NCBI GenBank assembly: GCA_013265495.1
Contig: MU062233.1
Coordinates: forward strand, 6,046,953 to 6,110,952
DNA: 64,000 bases
Reading direction: 5' to 3'
From: Vicugna vicugna
Taxonomy: Eukaryota
Both the position numbers and the translations under genes were made by a program. Below are positions 49,116 to 60,540 of this stretch, one piece after another. Position 1 is the stretch's first letter. Each line of letters opens with the position of its first letter. The notes under the pieces were generated by a model that did no database searches, was not told the DNA's origin, and worked only from the letters and a program-made list of their open reading frames with translations.

Positions 49116-49328
49116 NNNNNNNNNNNNNNNNNNNNNNNNNNNNNNNNNNNNNNNNNNNNNNNNNNNNNNNNNNNNNNNNNNNNNNNNNNNNNNNNNNNNN
49201 NNNNNNNNNNNNNNNNNNNNNNNNNNNNNNNNNNNNNNNNNNNNNNNNNNNNNNNNNNNNNNNNNNNNNNNNNNNNNNNNNNNNNNNNNNNNNNNNNNNN
49301 NNNNNNNNNNNNNNNNNNNNNNNNNNNN
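49116..49328. other. Assembly gap (213 N)
   Basis: Run of N. Confidence 0.99.
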
Positions 49329-49670
49329 CAAAAATGGGCAACAACACAGATGAACCTTGAGGACAGTATGCTAAGGGGGATAAGTCAGTCACTGAAAGAC
49401 AAATACTGGTCTAAAATAGTCAACTTCATAGACTCAAAGCATGGGATAGTAGTTACCTGGGGCTGGGGGGAGGGATAAATGGGAAGGTTTACTAATCAAG
49501 AAGCACACACTTTCAGGGAAACATGATGAATACGTTCCAGCATTCTGCTGTGCAACACTGTACTTACAGTCAACAATATTGTATTGTTCCCTTAAAAACT
49601 GTGAAGAGGATCTCATGTTAAGTGTTCTTACCATAATAAAAGAAAATTAAAATAAATAAATAAAACCAAA
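49329..49670 (+). mobile_element. L1MB-like 3' end with A-rich tail
   Basis: CACAGATGAACCTTGAGGACAGTATGCTAAG ... GATCTCATGTTAAGTGTTCTTACCATAATAAAAG. Confidence 0.75.
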
Positions 49671-49689
49671 AAATATATAGTCCATGTTT

Positions 49690-50880
49690 GTAGTGGAAAT
49701 TTGGGAAAATACATTAAAAAGTTAAAGTAAAAAATATAGATTATGCATGCCCAACTGTATATAACTATTGTTAACATTCTGTATATTTCTTTCCAGGTTT
49801 TTTATTCTAAACATATTTGCCTGTATTTTTGGATTGGAAAATACAAACGTTTTGTCATCTTCTTTTTCACTTTTTTGCTATAGAACTGTCCATTTTATCA
49901 CAATACCATCAACACTGTGTATTAGCTTTCTTCTTATTCCTTGCCAAGCTGATAAGCCAAAAGGCATGTCTCATCTTAATTATTATTTATTTTATCACTA
50001 GTGAGATTGGTCTTTGTGTTCCTTTGGCTAGATGGCCACTTGTATTATTTTATATGTAAATTATCTTTTATGTCTTGTGTCTACTTTTCTGTTGGAGTAT
50101 ACATAGTTTCCTTTGAGTTGAAAATATTATGAATATATATTAATATCTCCTTGGTTTTATATATATATATATAAAACAAATATTTTCACTATTTGTTATT
50201 TAATTTGGCTTAGCTCATGGTGTCATTTAACACATAGAATCTTTAATTTGTATGTAGTCAAATCTAACCATGTTTTCCTTTTCAGTTTCCCCCTGTTTTT
50301 TAGTATTAAAACTACTTCTCCACATGATCCAATATCCATGCTCATTTTCTTCAAACTGGTATGTGATTGAATATTTATATTATAAAAAAATGATGCATTT
50401 ACCTGACTACAAGGCCAAATCTATAGCGATGGATATACACAGCGGTCCTGCCTCTCCCCACCCCTTCCTCACCCCATTCACCCCGACTCCCCATAGGTAA
50501 CCATTTTAATTAGTGTCTTATTTACCCTTCTAGTGCTTCTTCTTGAAAACTTTAAAACAATTATTTGTGGAGACTTCTGGAATTTTTACAGGGTATTGCA
50601 TTTTGAAAAGGATTGATTTTTTTCCATGAAATTTTTTAATTACCTATGGTTGATATCAAAGAAAAAAATGTTGATTTCTGAACATTAATTTTGAATACCT
50701 TCACCTTGTTGACTTCTAATAATTTTTCAGTTAATTGTTTCGGGTTTTTAGATAGACAATAATATCATCTTTTAAAAATTTATACTGGTAATTTTATCCT
50801 TACTTCCAAAATAGTATATTCTTATTCTAGTTCTTATTTTATTATACCTAAATAAGCCACCATTTTTCTTTGTGATAGAT
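49690..50880 (-). mobile_element. Old AT-rich L1ME/L1MC fragments (left piece also at ~48870-48932)
   Basis: GGAAATTTGGGAAAATACA ... CTATTGTTAACATTCTGTATATTTCTTTCCAG; TTTGTATGTAGTCAAATCTA. Confidence 0.6.
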
Positions 50881-50925
50881 TTATAATTGCACTACTTACG
50901 CTTTATAATCTTAAGAATCTTTTCT

Positions 50926-50986
50926 CCGGAAATTGATACAGCAATGTAAACTGACTATACTTCAATTTAAAAAACGGGAAAAAAAG
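50926..50986 (+). mobile_element. Extremely 5'-truncated camelid L1 (~60 bp) with 11-bp TSD
   Basis: GGAAATTGATACAGCAATGTAAACTGACTATACTTCAATTT plus tail; GAATCTTTTCT at 50915-50925 and 50987-50997. Confidence 0.85.
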
Positions 50987-51044
50987 GAATCTTTTCTAGC
51001 TCTTAAAGAGGATGGCCAGTGCCGTCTCTGGAGTTACTATTATC

Positions 51045-51460
51045 ATTTATATAACATAGGATGGGCTAAGTTATGTTGCTTTAGTAAACAATCATAAACT
51101 CTTAAAAGCACGGAACAACAAAGGCTTATTTCTCATTTAGGCTACAAGTTTATTATGGGTCATGGGAGGCTCAGCTCTATGTTATCCAGCTTCAAGGGCT
51201 CATTCCACTATCAGTTACACAATCCAATGTTGTCAGTTATTGTTGCTCAGGCTATGGGAAGGGAAGGTGGAAAATTATGCACTGGCTCTCACAGCCTTCT
51301 GTCTGGAAGGGACACACATCCTTTCCAATCACACTTTACTAGCCAAATCAAGTCATATAATCATGCCTGCCTTCAAAAGGACAAAGAAATTCTATCCTAT
51401 CATTTGCCTAAAAGGAAAACAACTTGGAAATATGGGTGGACAGCACTAACAACTACCATA
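51045..51460 (-). mobile_element. MaLR MLT1K/J-like solo LTR
   Basis: GGATGGGCTAAGTTATGTTGC ... AACAACAAAGGCTTATTTCTC ... CAGCACTAACAACTACCATA. Confidence 0.7.
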
Positions 51461-51904
51461 TCAGTCTGAAGCACACACACCCATACACGCAGCCTCAAGT
51501 ATACATGAATACATTTTTTTCACTGTTGATGATAACTTTTTTAACGTAGCTCAGGGTTTTGGAGGGGACAGAAGTGATCCAAGTTAATTGAACTAACTAA
51601 CTAACTAGATGATTTTCAAATAAACTCTCTAATCCAATAATGCTCACCTTCCAATAAAATTAGAATCAATGCAATGCAAAGATCAAATTTTTTTTAATTT
51701 ATAAATTATTCAGGCCTTTACCTACTTCTTCCCTTCCCTTACAGAGTCTAAATTAATTAAATTTTACTATGATTATTGGTGGTTGATTTCCAGATTTAGG
51801 TACATACTCATATACAGCATAGCTAGTAATTTCATTACAAATGCAAGTAATCCCTAAGAGGCCATAGTTTACTTTTAGATCTTACTCATTTCAGAAAATT
51901 TGGG

Positions 51905-52265
51905 TATTCCAAGCTATGACTACCATTGAAAAATTACCACCAACTGGGAGGCTTAAACAACAGAAATTTATTTCTCACGGTTCTGGAAGCTGGAAGCCCA
52001 AGGTCAAAGTGTCAGCAGGGTTGGTTTCTCCTAAGACCTACATAGTCTGTCCTCTGGGCACGCACTTCTCCAGTCTCTCACAGTATGTCCAAATTTCCTC
52101 TTCTTATGAGGACACCAGTCCAGTAGGATTAGGGCCCAACCTATTGGCCTCATTTTAACTTGATCATCTCTTTAAGGCCCTGTCTCCAAATACAGCCACA
52201 TTCTGAGGTTCTGGGGTTAGAGCTTCAATGTATGAATTTGAGGGAAACACAATTCATTCCATTAT
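51905..52265 (-). mobile_element. MaLR MLT1A/B solo LTR
   Basis: GGCTTAAACAACAGAAATTTATTTCTCACGGTTCTGGAAGCTGGAAG ... TCCAAATACAGCCACATTCTGAGGTTCTGGGGTTAG. Confidence 0.88.
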
Positions 52266-55200
52266 AATATCCTAAATATTGATTTCATCGCAATGGTATC
52301 CCATATCTAATATTCATATTGCTAATTCTTGTCATTATCTTCATAGTGAAAACCCATTTCTGATTTGTATTATGCTTATTCATAAAGTTTTACCTGTTTC
52401 TTTATATCACCAGCTTCACAGCAAGGGTGCAGGGGCACCCAATGGACAGAGCAAGGGAGGTTGGTAAAGTGAGTTTCTGGCTTTTTTACACTGAGAGGTG
52501 GGGACTCATATAATTGGGCTCCTTTTTGCAGTATCTGTATTCCTCTCCATATCTCAGCATGCATGCTGTGATATCATCTGTAGGCCAGCTTCAACTCTAG
52601 GGGCCGCCAACAAAGTTTATTTTGGCAGTGAGTGTTAAGCTAAATTAAAGTAGCATACGTTAGTCACATAATTTACCATCCTTAATCTGGTATAATCTGG
52701 TGACACATTTTCTTGCTTTCCTGTGTGCAGCTGAATCAGCATAACCTAAACTGCTTTATAAAACTGATAGCTGAAATCTGACTATTCTGGCTTACTCTCT
52801 GATAGAGAATCTATACTCAAGAGTTAGATATCTAGCCATACTTGGGAGGCTAAAACAAATGCTCCAGCTACCCATAAACTGAACAATGTCCTTGCCAGGG
52901 CAACTCTGGGTAGGTTTTGGCCGCATTTCATTATTTCAAGTGGTTTCCTGCCTCCCAGGGATCTGTGAGTAACATTACATATAATTCTTGTGGTAAACCC
53001 CTTTTCGGCTTAAATGAGCCAGAATCCACTTCTCTGTAGTCGAGTCATTGGACTGACACCAGACCTTGAACTTCCAGAAACCGCACATAGTACAGTGTAT
53101 ATATAGCTTACAGCATTTTTAGGAAGCATAGGCAGGATCGCTATCTCCTCTCAGGCAACAAGTATACCACAGGATGGCCAGCTGATCTGCCTGCATCTGG
53201 GCACGTTAGACCCAAAGCAGGAAGGGGAGGAACTTAAGGATCATACCATGTCAGAACTAGAAAGGATGGTAACAGTCACCCAACGCAGACAAAGAAAAGG
53301 AGTCCTAGAGAGAAGAGATTCCTCAAGGCCATGCCTGCTTTCGTCCTGACCATCAAAACGATGTTTTAAAGTAACTCCTGTGACTCATCCCATAATTCTC
53401 AGCCTGAGGATTATTTTTATTTAGATCGAATCTCTAGCTCTATCAATGTCAGCCTGGAAGATGAATACAGTAGGTGTGCCTAGTCGCTGGGTCTGTAACT
53501 GAGGAGAGAACAATTTTCTATTTCAGTTTAGACCCATAACTCAAGGTGATGAGAGGCCTGGAGAAAAGGAAACACAGCTGGGTCTTTACTAGAGACACCC
53601 CAGGGCCAAGATGCATTACCTGTGCAACCCTTCACCTTGGCCGGGATTCCCCCAGCTTCGGCCGTGTTTCATTACAGGGTCGCTGGGCATGTCTTACTCT
53701 GTTCCATCAGACAGCAAACCCACTAGGCTTTAGACAGCATCCTATTAGGTGGCTGTAGAAACCTCCCTGGCGGGGGGACCAAGAGGGGACCAGGGTTCTG
53801 TTGCTGGAACCTGCCCTGCGTGTCTTCCTTCCAGGCTAGCCAGGGGGAGCACTGCTATTCTTTCTGGATGTCATCTGGGGTCACTCACTCCTCTCTGTTT
53901 GCTATTCAGCCATAACTGTGGTTGGAGGGTTTTTTTGTTTTTTGCTTTTTGTTTTCTGTTTTTTTAATTTGAGTTTGGTGTGTTTTAAACCTAAACTGTT
54001 CAAAGAAAATATGTTTTCCTGGTATCTCAACAAAGCATGTTTTCTGAATTAAATGCATTTTCACAAAGAATTAGTCTTTAAACCCCTGTGAGCTTAAAAA
54101 TGACTGAAAACTATTTCCTAAGTCCCCTCTTTTTGGAATTTAAAGTGTTTTTGTGAGTGGGTATTATTTTTGTTGGGGGGCGGAGAGAAGGGAGAAAGTT
54201 TGGCATTATTAAGCAGATCAAGAAAAAAAAAGAAAAGAATTTAACTATTTCCCACACAACCCCTGTCTGAGACTTACTCATGTTGATAATAAAGTTTATC
54301 CTGGATATGCACTCATTCATTCAACCGCTTTCATTCACAAAGTTGATTGTGTACCTATCAGGTTCAAGGCACTGTGCTAAGAGAAATATACAGGAAGGAG
54401 CCTGGAGCATTTACGAGCAGGATATTGATACACATACAAATTGAAGGTACCAGGATTTGAGCTTCTGAGATTCTAGACTAATTAAAGCTCAGGAAATGTG
54501 GCAGCTATGTTGCTGGTAAAACTGCCAACAAAGGAGATCTCATGCAGAAAAATCCACAGTACATTTCATCAGCTAAGAAACCTCAATTCATTATGCCCAT
54601 GCAAGGAGAAAGTTAATTACTGGCTTGGGTTAATTGCTTTCCTGGCTCTGCAGTATTATTTTAACACAGAAGGCAAGAGACACCAAGAAGTTAAAAGAGT
54701 AGTTCTTCCAAAATACACTGGGGAGAATCAAAAACACAGATGTCCCTCTCTAGGGCCTTGGTCAGATCCTCCTGCCCAGATTCCAAAAGGGCTTCATGGA
54801 AGCAAAAATGGTGGCTGTGTATGTTAACACATTAATTGGTCTTTCTTCTGTATCCAAAGGTCCAAGCCTTTCTGAACAGTCTTCCAATATTCAACTCAAA
54901 CACCACCTCATCATAGAAAACTTTCTGTGACCTCTCCACTCACAGTGTTGCACATATAACCAGGCCAGGCTAGGACCCTTCTCACTCCCACACACCCATC
55001 TTACCGCTCATGGCCCACTCGCCAACGTCAGTGTCGTGGGTTTGTGGATCCCTCTCCCTCACAGGCCTGGTGGCTATGGGGCAGGTCTTTGGCACAAAGT
55101 AGGCACTTCATAAATAATCCATAATACATAAGATTATGAAATGTTCAGAGCATGCACTTAAGGGAAAACATCAAAAGAAAATACTTACTGTGTACAGTTC

Positions 55201-55894
55201 AATAATAAAGACTACATTAAGGGCAGTTTACATTTATAAACAAAAAATTCTGGCACATAGTAGAAGATAAACCTATCCTACAGAGTATATGTAACCCTTC
55301 CCATCTTCCAAATTGCTGAAAGAGAGGTATTAGCCTAAAGGTAGCTCTAACCACTAAAGATGTAAGGTCCATTTATTTTTAATCGTGGGGATTTCAGAAC
55401 GGTTAACACACAAACACATTGAAAGCACCATGATTTGAGCAACTGAAATCTTGGAGCAATTAAAGCTTGAGTTGTTGGAGCTCACTCTTCAAATTTTGCA
55501 AGATGATTGCATGTAGAGGATATGTGAGGTTACAATCAAATAAACCTGAAACAAGAGACTCTGAAACATTAATTGGTGTACAAAATTATTCTGCTCTACA
55601 GTAATTAGGTATTGGTGGTAAGCGATTGATGTAGACTATTATAATAATTAGCACAGCTAAATTACACTTTCCTATCCCCTCTGGCATAATTTATTCTTCA
55701 ATACGTGGAGAAGTGTCAGTGTATACAGTAGCCCTGGTATCATGCACGTATCAGTGCCCACTACACGTACATGTGGGCACAGGCACCAAAACGGGGCCCT
55801 GGGTACCGGGCCCTGAGCATCTTTCACAGGCCCACCTGGTGGTGTCACAGATGCACTCCCCATGCTCTCTCCCTGTTCAGTCTCCCTCTTATGC

Positions 55895-56756
55895 CAGGGA
55901 GGACTCAAGTTAGGTTGCCCTGAAAAGTATACAGTTTAGAGGGTCTTATTTAAGAAAAAATACTATAAAATTACAAATTCAAAATTAGGTAAAAATGTAT
56001 GGCACAGGGAACCATATTCAATTTCTTGTAAAAACATATAATAGAAAAGAGTCTGAAAGGAAAAACTATATATATGTATGTATGTATGTATGTGTATGTA
56101 TAACCTAGTCACTTCGCTGTACACCTGAAACTAACATTGTAAATAAAAAAATTTTTTAATTAGGTAAAAATGAATGTTCTTTGAAAATCAGAAAAGTCAC
56201 AACAACCTAGAAAATACTTAAAGTAACAAATGCCATAAACATCACAAAATCAAAAAAAATTTTTTTTGTATTATACATTTATGTAACACTTTTCAACAGA
56301 CTACCTTCTGGTTCCATGATTTCTAAACTTTGTTTCTCCTCTGTGACACACATGCACTCAGCGTCAGACACTACAGGACATGTATGTCATGATACCACCT
56401 CTAACCCTACATCTTCCTGTTGGATACCAGGTGGGCAATAAAAATACTCGGAAGTCATTCCAGTGCAAGAGTGGCAGCCTATTACTTCACTATACATAGA
56501 AGTGACTGCAAACCACATAAATGTATCTTTCTACAATGTCCCCTTAGATCCAAAATGCCTGTAGTTACTCTCCAACTTGAGGAGGAGTGCGAATGAGGCA
56601 CCAGTTATGGTTAAAATATCTTACTTTTGTAAATGCAACGAGAAACAAGACCACATGGACACATCACTAGGGCCCCTCTAGGGCACCGAAAGGAGCCCAG
56701 GCACACGAGGAGCCCTGAAATTTAAGTTCCATCAGCTTGGTGTAAAAACACGTCTG
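55895..56756 (-). mobile_element. Arthur1-like hAT-Tip100 DNA transposon
   Basis: Right end GAGCCCTGAAATTTAAGTTCCATCAGCTTGGTGTAAAAACACGTCTG; left end CAGGGAGGACTC ... CCCTGAAAAGTATACAGTTTAGAGGG ... AAAATTAGG. Confidence 0.75.
55998..56157 (+). mobile_element. Cetartiodactyl L1 3' fragment nested in Arthur1, exact 15-bp TSD
   Basis: AATTAGGTAAAAATG at 55983-55997 and 56158-56172; internal (TATG)n and GCTGTACACCTGAAACTAAC. Confidence 0.9.
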
Positions 56757-57069
56757 CCCTCCTCCCCAGGCCCCCTCCCATGAAATCCAGCTGCCAAACT
56801 ACCAGGTTCAACAAGGCCACAAGGTTCAAGGCACTGAGCAACACATCTCAGGGAAGGACAGACAGACTGACAAGGGCAACAGGAAGGGTAATATCATACA
56901 GATGCCCTCTGACTTCAAGTCTTGGGACAACAAGGGATGTAGGGAGTGGATAGGGTTCTGAGAAAAGTCAACATTTTGAACTCAGGCAAGTAGATTCCAG
57001 GTCATTGAATAATGATGAGCTGAGTGCTTTACATACTCGTTACAGCAGATCATCCTCACTAAAGCCCTA

Positions 57070-57247
57070 AGGAGAAGAAGAAGGGGAAGAAAGAAAGAAG
57101 AAAGCGGAGGAAGAGGAGGAAAAAGAAGATGATGGAGAAGGAGGAGGAGGGAAAAGGAGAAGGAGGTAAAATGAAAGAGGGAAAGGGAAGGGGAAGGAAA
57201 CGGATAAGAACAAAGGAGCCGGTGAAGAAAGAAAAGAAAAGAAAAGG
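57070..57247 (+). repeat. Purine-rich (GA) low-complexity tract
   Basis: About 180 nt of GAA/GGA/AAAG-type purine runs. Confidence 0.88.
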
Positions 57248-59214
57248 TTTCCTCCCTGTATACCTCTTCCCTGCGAAGCAGCAGTGTTTATCCTTGGTGT
57301 CATAATAAAATTGAAAGATTTTTTTCAGACCATATATTCATTCTCTTAAATTAGAAAGAGTGACAATTCCCTTGGCTTAGTTCTGCAAAATGCAAGTTGT
57401 TCATGATCTCATTATTAAAGAGGGGATAAGGAAAAATACAACATCCCAAGAGATTGATATCACTTAGAACAAATGCCGGGTAACCCAGCCATTTGGTTGC
57501 TGGCCACATTTCCCAGTGGCATGTGAGTCTTTCATCCCGGCTTAAGTTGGATGCCAATCTCCATGTCATATTCAATCTTCAAAATTCTTCACACCCTAGT
57601 TGGGGTTCTCTTTGTGTTCGCCTGTCTTACCCTTTTAACCGACACTCGTAATGTTCTTCCAGGAAAAAAAAATAACAATAACATAAAACTTGGAAATATC
57701 ACTTAATCTGGTCTGCACATGTGAAGACTGTTTAGAAAATTTGAAAACTGTAATTTATGAAGGGGTGGTTTGAAGTAGTAGCATGTTGAACCTCAGAAAA
57801 GTTATAATTCTTTGAGAAGAATGTGTTTACTCAACATCAGAAGCCAACTCCCTCATAGAAGTCCTGGAAACTCCACTGTTTCATAGCTTTGCAGACTCAT
57901 TAACCTCTTTAGTGACAGGGACCTCTGGAGGTCACTTGATTCCAGATTGACTATCAAATCCATACTATTGGTGAAGAAATCCAGAAAACATTTCACAACC
58001 TATCTCAGGAACATTCCAATGTGTTTGCATGCTCAATTTTAGGAAATCCTTCATCATTTCCAAAGATACTGCTATTGCTCCATATCCTTTGTGAAAATAA
58101 CAAGATCAACACCTTTACAATTTCAATACCAAGAAAAGGTGCAGACTTAAGGCATGTTCTACTTTTCTGCAAGCTAACTTGTCTGTATTTTTTTTCCATC
58201 TTTAACCATCTATATGGCTCCAATACATAATCCCTGGACCCTTAAGTTGTGGGCAGAATGACTAAATATCTCATTGTACAAAAGATTTGGTTGGTACTGG
58301 ACTGAAGGATTATTTCACGATTCCTAGAAACCTGGGAGACCAGATTGCCTCAAGTCCCATAAAACCTGCTTAAGAATCAAAGTCATGCTCCATTGTTTCC
58401 GAGGCTGGGTAAATCAGAAGTGATAGCACATTTCTAGAGCAACTAACAATCCCAATCTCAAGCTAAAGTGTTACATCTTCCCTGGAGCAGCATTATGCAT
58501 TTCAGTAAAGTCAAAAGAGGGGTCTAGCAGGGTTGGGACTCTGTTTGAGGGAGAGAAGAAGGAATGCAGTAATACCGGTGGGCCTTTGGTTAACAAGTTC
58601 TGTTCAGTTTCTTCTGCTCTGTCTTTCCTTCCTCCTCCTTCTCTGGCCTTCCTGAGTCTCCCACCTCTCCCTATCTCCCCATCTTGGGCATATACCTTGC
58701 TATTAACTGGCAAACTGGAAAGCATTTCCATTGATTTTAATACTGAAACATCTTTGAAACCATATGAAATGAATCTTGAAGAGCAAAGCCCTACAAAGGG
58801 AAAGACTTTGTGCTGAGGTATGGGCACCTGAGTTATTTTCTGGGCTTCCACCACCAACATGCTCAAAGTCACTTCATGTATTTGAACCAACCTCTTCATC
58901 TATTAACTGAACTGTTGGAGTAGATGGCTCTTTCTGGCCTAAAAAGATTCATGGTTTTATTTTGGGAGGAATTTTAAGCCCTGGTGGAAAGAGAAGAAAC
59001 TGAGAGGCAGGAGGCATGCTTAGGACTCATTAAATTAAGTCACAGAGATGATTATGATTTCCTAGCCCCCTCCTCTATTTGTAAGTCTGTCTTTGGATGC
59101 ATGGCCTTCTTGTGGAAAAAGTTTCCACGCTGAAACACCCCAACCATCCCATACTTATTGATGGCCCAGAAGGGCATTGAGATGATAAAGCATAAAAGTT
59201 AGAGAAAAAACCCT

Positions 59215-59470
59215 GAGGATCTACTTGATAACATGGTGACTATAACTGATAACGCCATATTGTATAATTGAAATCTGCTAAGAGAGTAGAATTTAAATGT
59301 TCTCACACACACCAAAGAAAAAGGTAAATATGTGAGGTGATGGTGTGTTAATTAACTCAATGGAGGGAATCCTTTCACAATGTACATGTATATCATATCA
59401 TCATGTCAGATACTTTAAATATTTTACAATTTTATTTGTCAATTAGACCTAAGCGAAGCTGGAAAAAAGT
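59215..59470 (+). mobile_element. L1MA8/9-like 3' end
   Basis: TTGTATAATTGAAATCTGCTAAGAGAGTAGAATTTAAATGTTCTCAC ... GGAATCCTTTCACAATGTACATG. Confidence 0.8.
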
Positions 59471-60119
59471 TGACTAGAGAGAGGAGCAATGAGAGGGGAG
59501 TCAGAGAGGATGCTCCCAAACACAGGGCCTTCCATCATCAACCCTGAGTAGCCTGCACCTGTTATGCAGAGCACTAACTTTATCAAAGATGGCATTTGAG
59601 GTTTCTCATGATTACACATTAAGAGGCTGTTCTCCATGTCCTCCCTTTCCTTTCTTGCTGATCTCCCTTCCCTCCATCTCTAGGCCCAGGCTGAAATCTC
59701 ACCATCTCCTTTGTCCATCATCCTGCCCCATATCCTCAATTTCCCAGCAGATCAATTTCCCAACTCCTTGCCTCCAGATCAACTTATCCTGGATACTCTC
59801 TCCTTCGTGAACCTACTGGACTATAGCTCACAGCTCCCCAGAGAAGGGAGGCAAAGACACAACATCAAGAGTAAAGCTCCGTCTCTCCAGTCGGCCATGA
59901 CTAGTGTTTGGGACTAGAGTGGCCTGCTGGCAAAAGGACAGGAAGAGAGAGAATAGTGCAACTTTTCTGGAAAGCGCCTTAATAATATATGTGAAGAGTC
60001 TTTAAAACATGTTAATCCTATGATCTGTTCTTAGTTCTCTTATCCTAAAGAAACCAGAAGATTTTCAAGCAAAGTGTGTGTGTGAAGAGGCAGACCATAC
60101 AGAAGGGTAACAGCTGCAT

Positions 60120-60540
60120 GAGTTATGAGATCTGCGGCTCTAAGTAACAGAAAACAACAAATTGGTTTAAATACTAAGCACATATCCAGAGAAATCTGGA
60201 GGTAACATGGCCTTTAAGGTTGGCAGATTTAGCAACTCAAAGACGTGGTCTGACTTACAGGTTCCGTCCATCTGTCTGCTCTTCCTTCTGCGCCAGGCTC
60301 ATGTTAGGTTTGGCTCCCCTAGTGGCCAACAGCACCCAAAAGGGCTTATCAGCATTCTTGTTCACGTCCAAGTGGAGCTGGAGAAAACCTGGAGTAAGAA
60401 AGTATGAAAGAACTTTCCCCCTTCTGGCCAAAACTCATTGGCCAGAATTGGGACTCATGCTAATTCCCAAGTCAGTCACTGGCGGGGAAGGCGGAGATGG
60501 TGGTGGTGAACAGAGTTGCTCTTAAAGCAATACACCTTAA
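60120..60540 (-). mobile_element. MaLR MLT1J-like solo LTR
   Basis: GGCTCTAAGTAACAGAAAAC ... CTCATTGGCCAGAATTGGGACTCATGC ... CAAGTCAGTCACTGGCGGGG. Confidence 0.65.

Noticed and set aside
52420-53060. Possible additional MaLR-type LTR
   Set aside because: Only the 3' end looks LTR-like; too degenerate to name or bound reliably
57067-57303. Ser/Phe-rich ORF, and Glu/Arg-rich ORFs at 13071-13445
   Set aside because: Translations of GA low-complexity tracts
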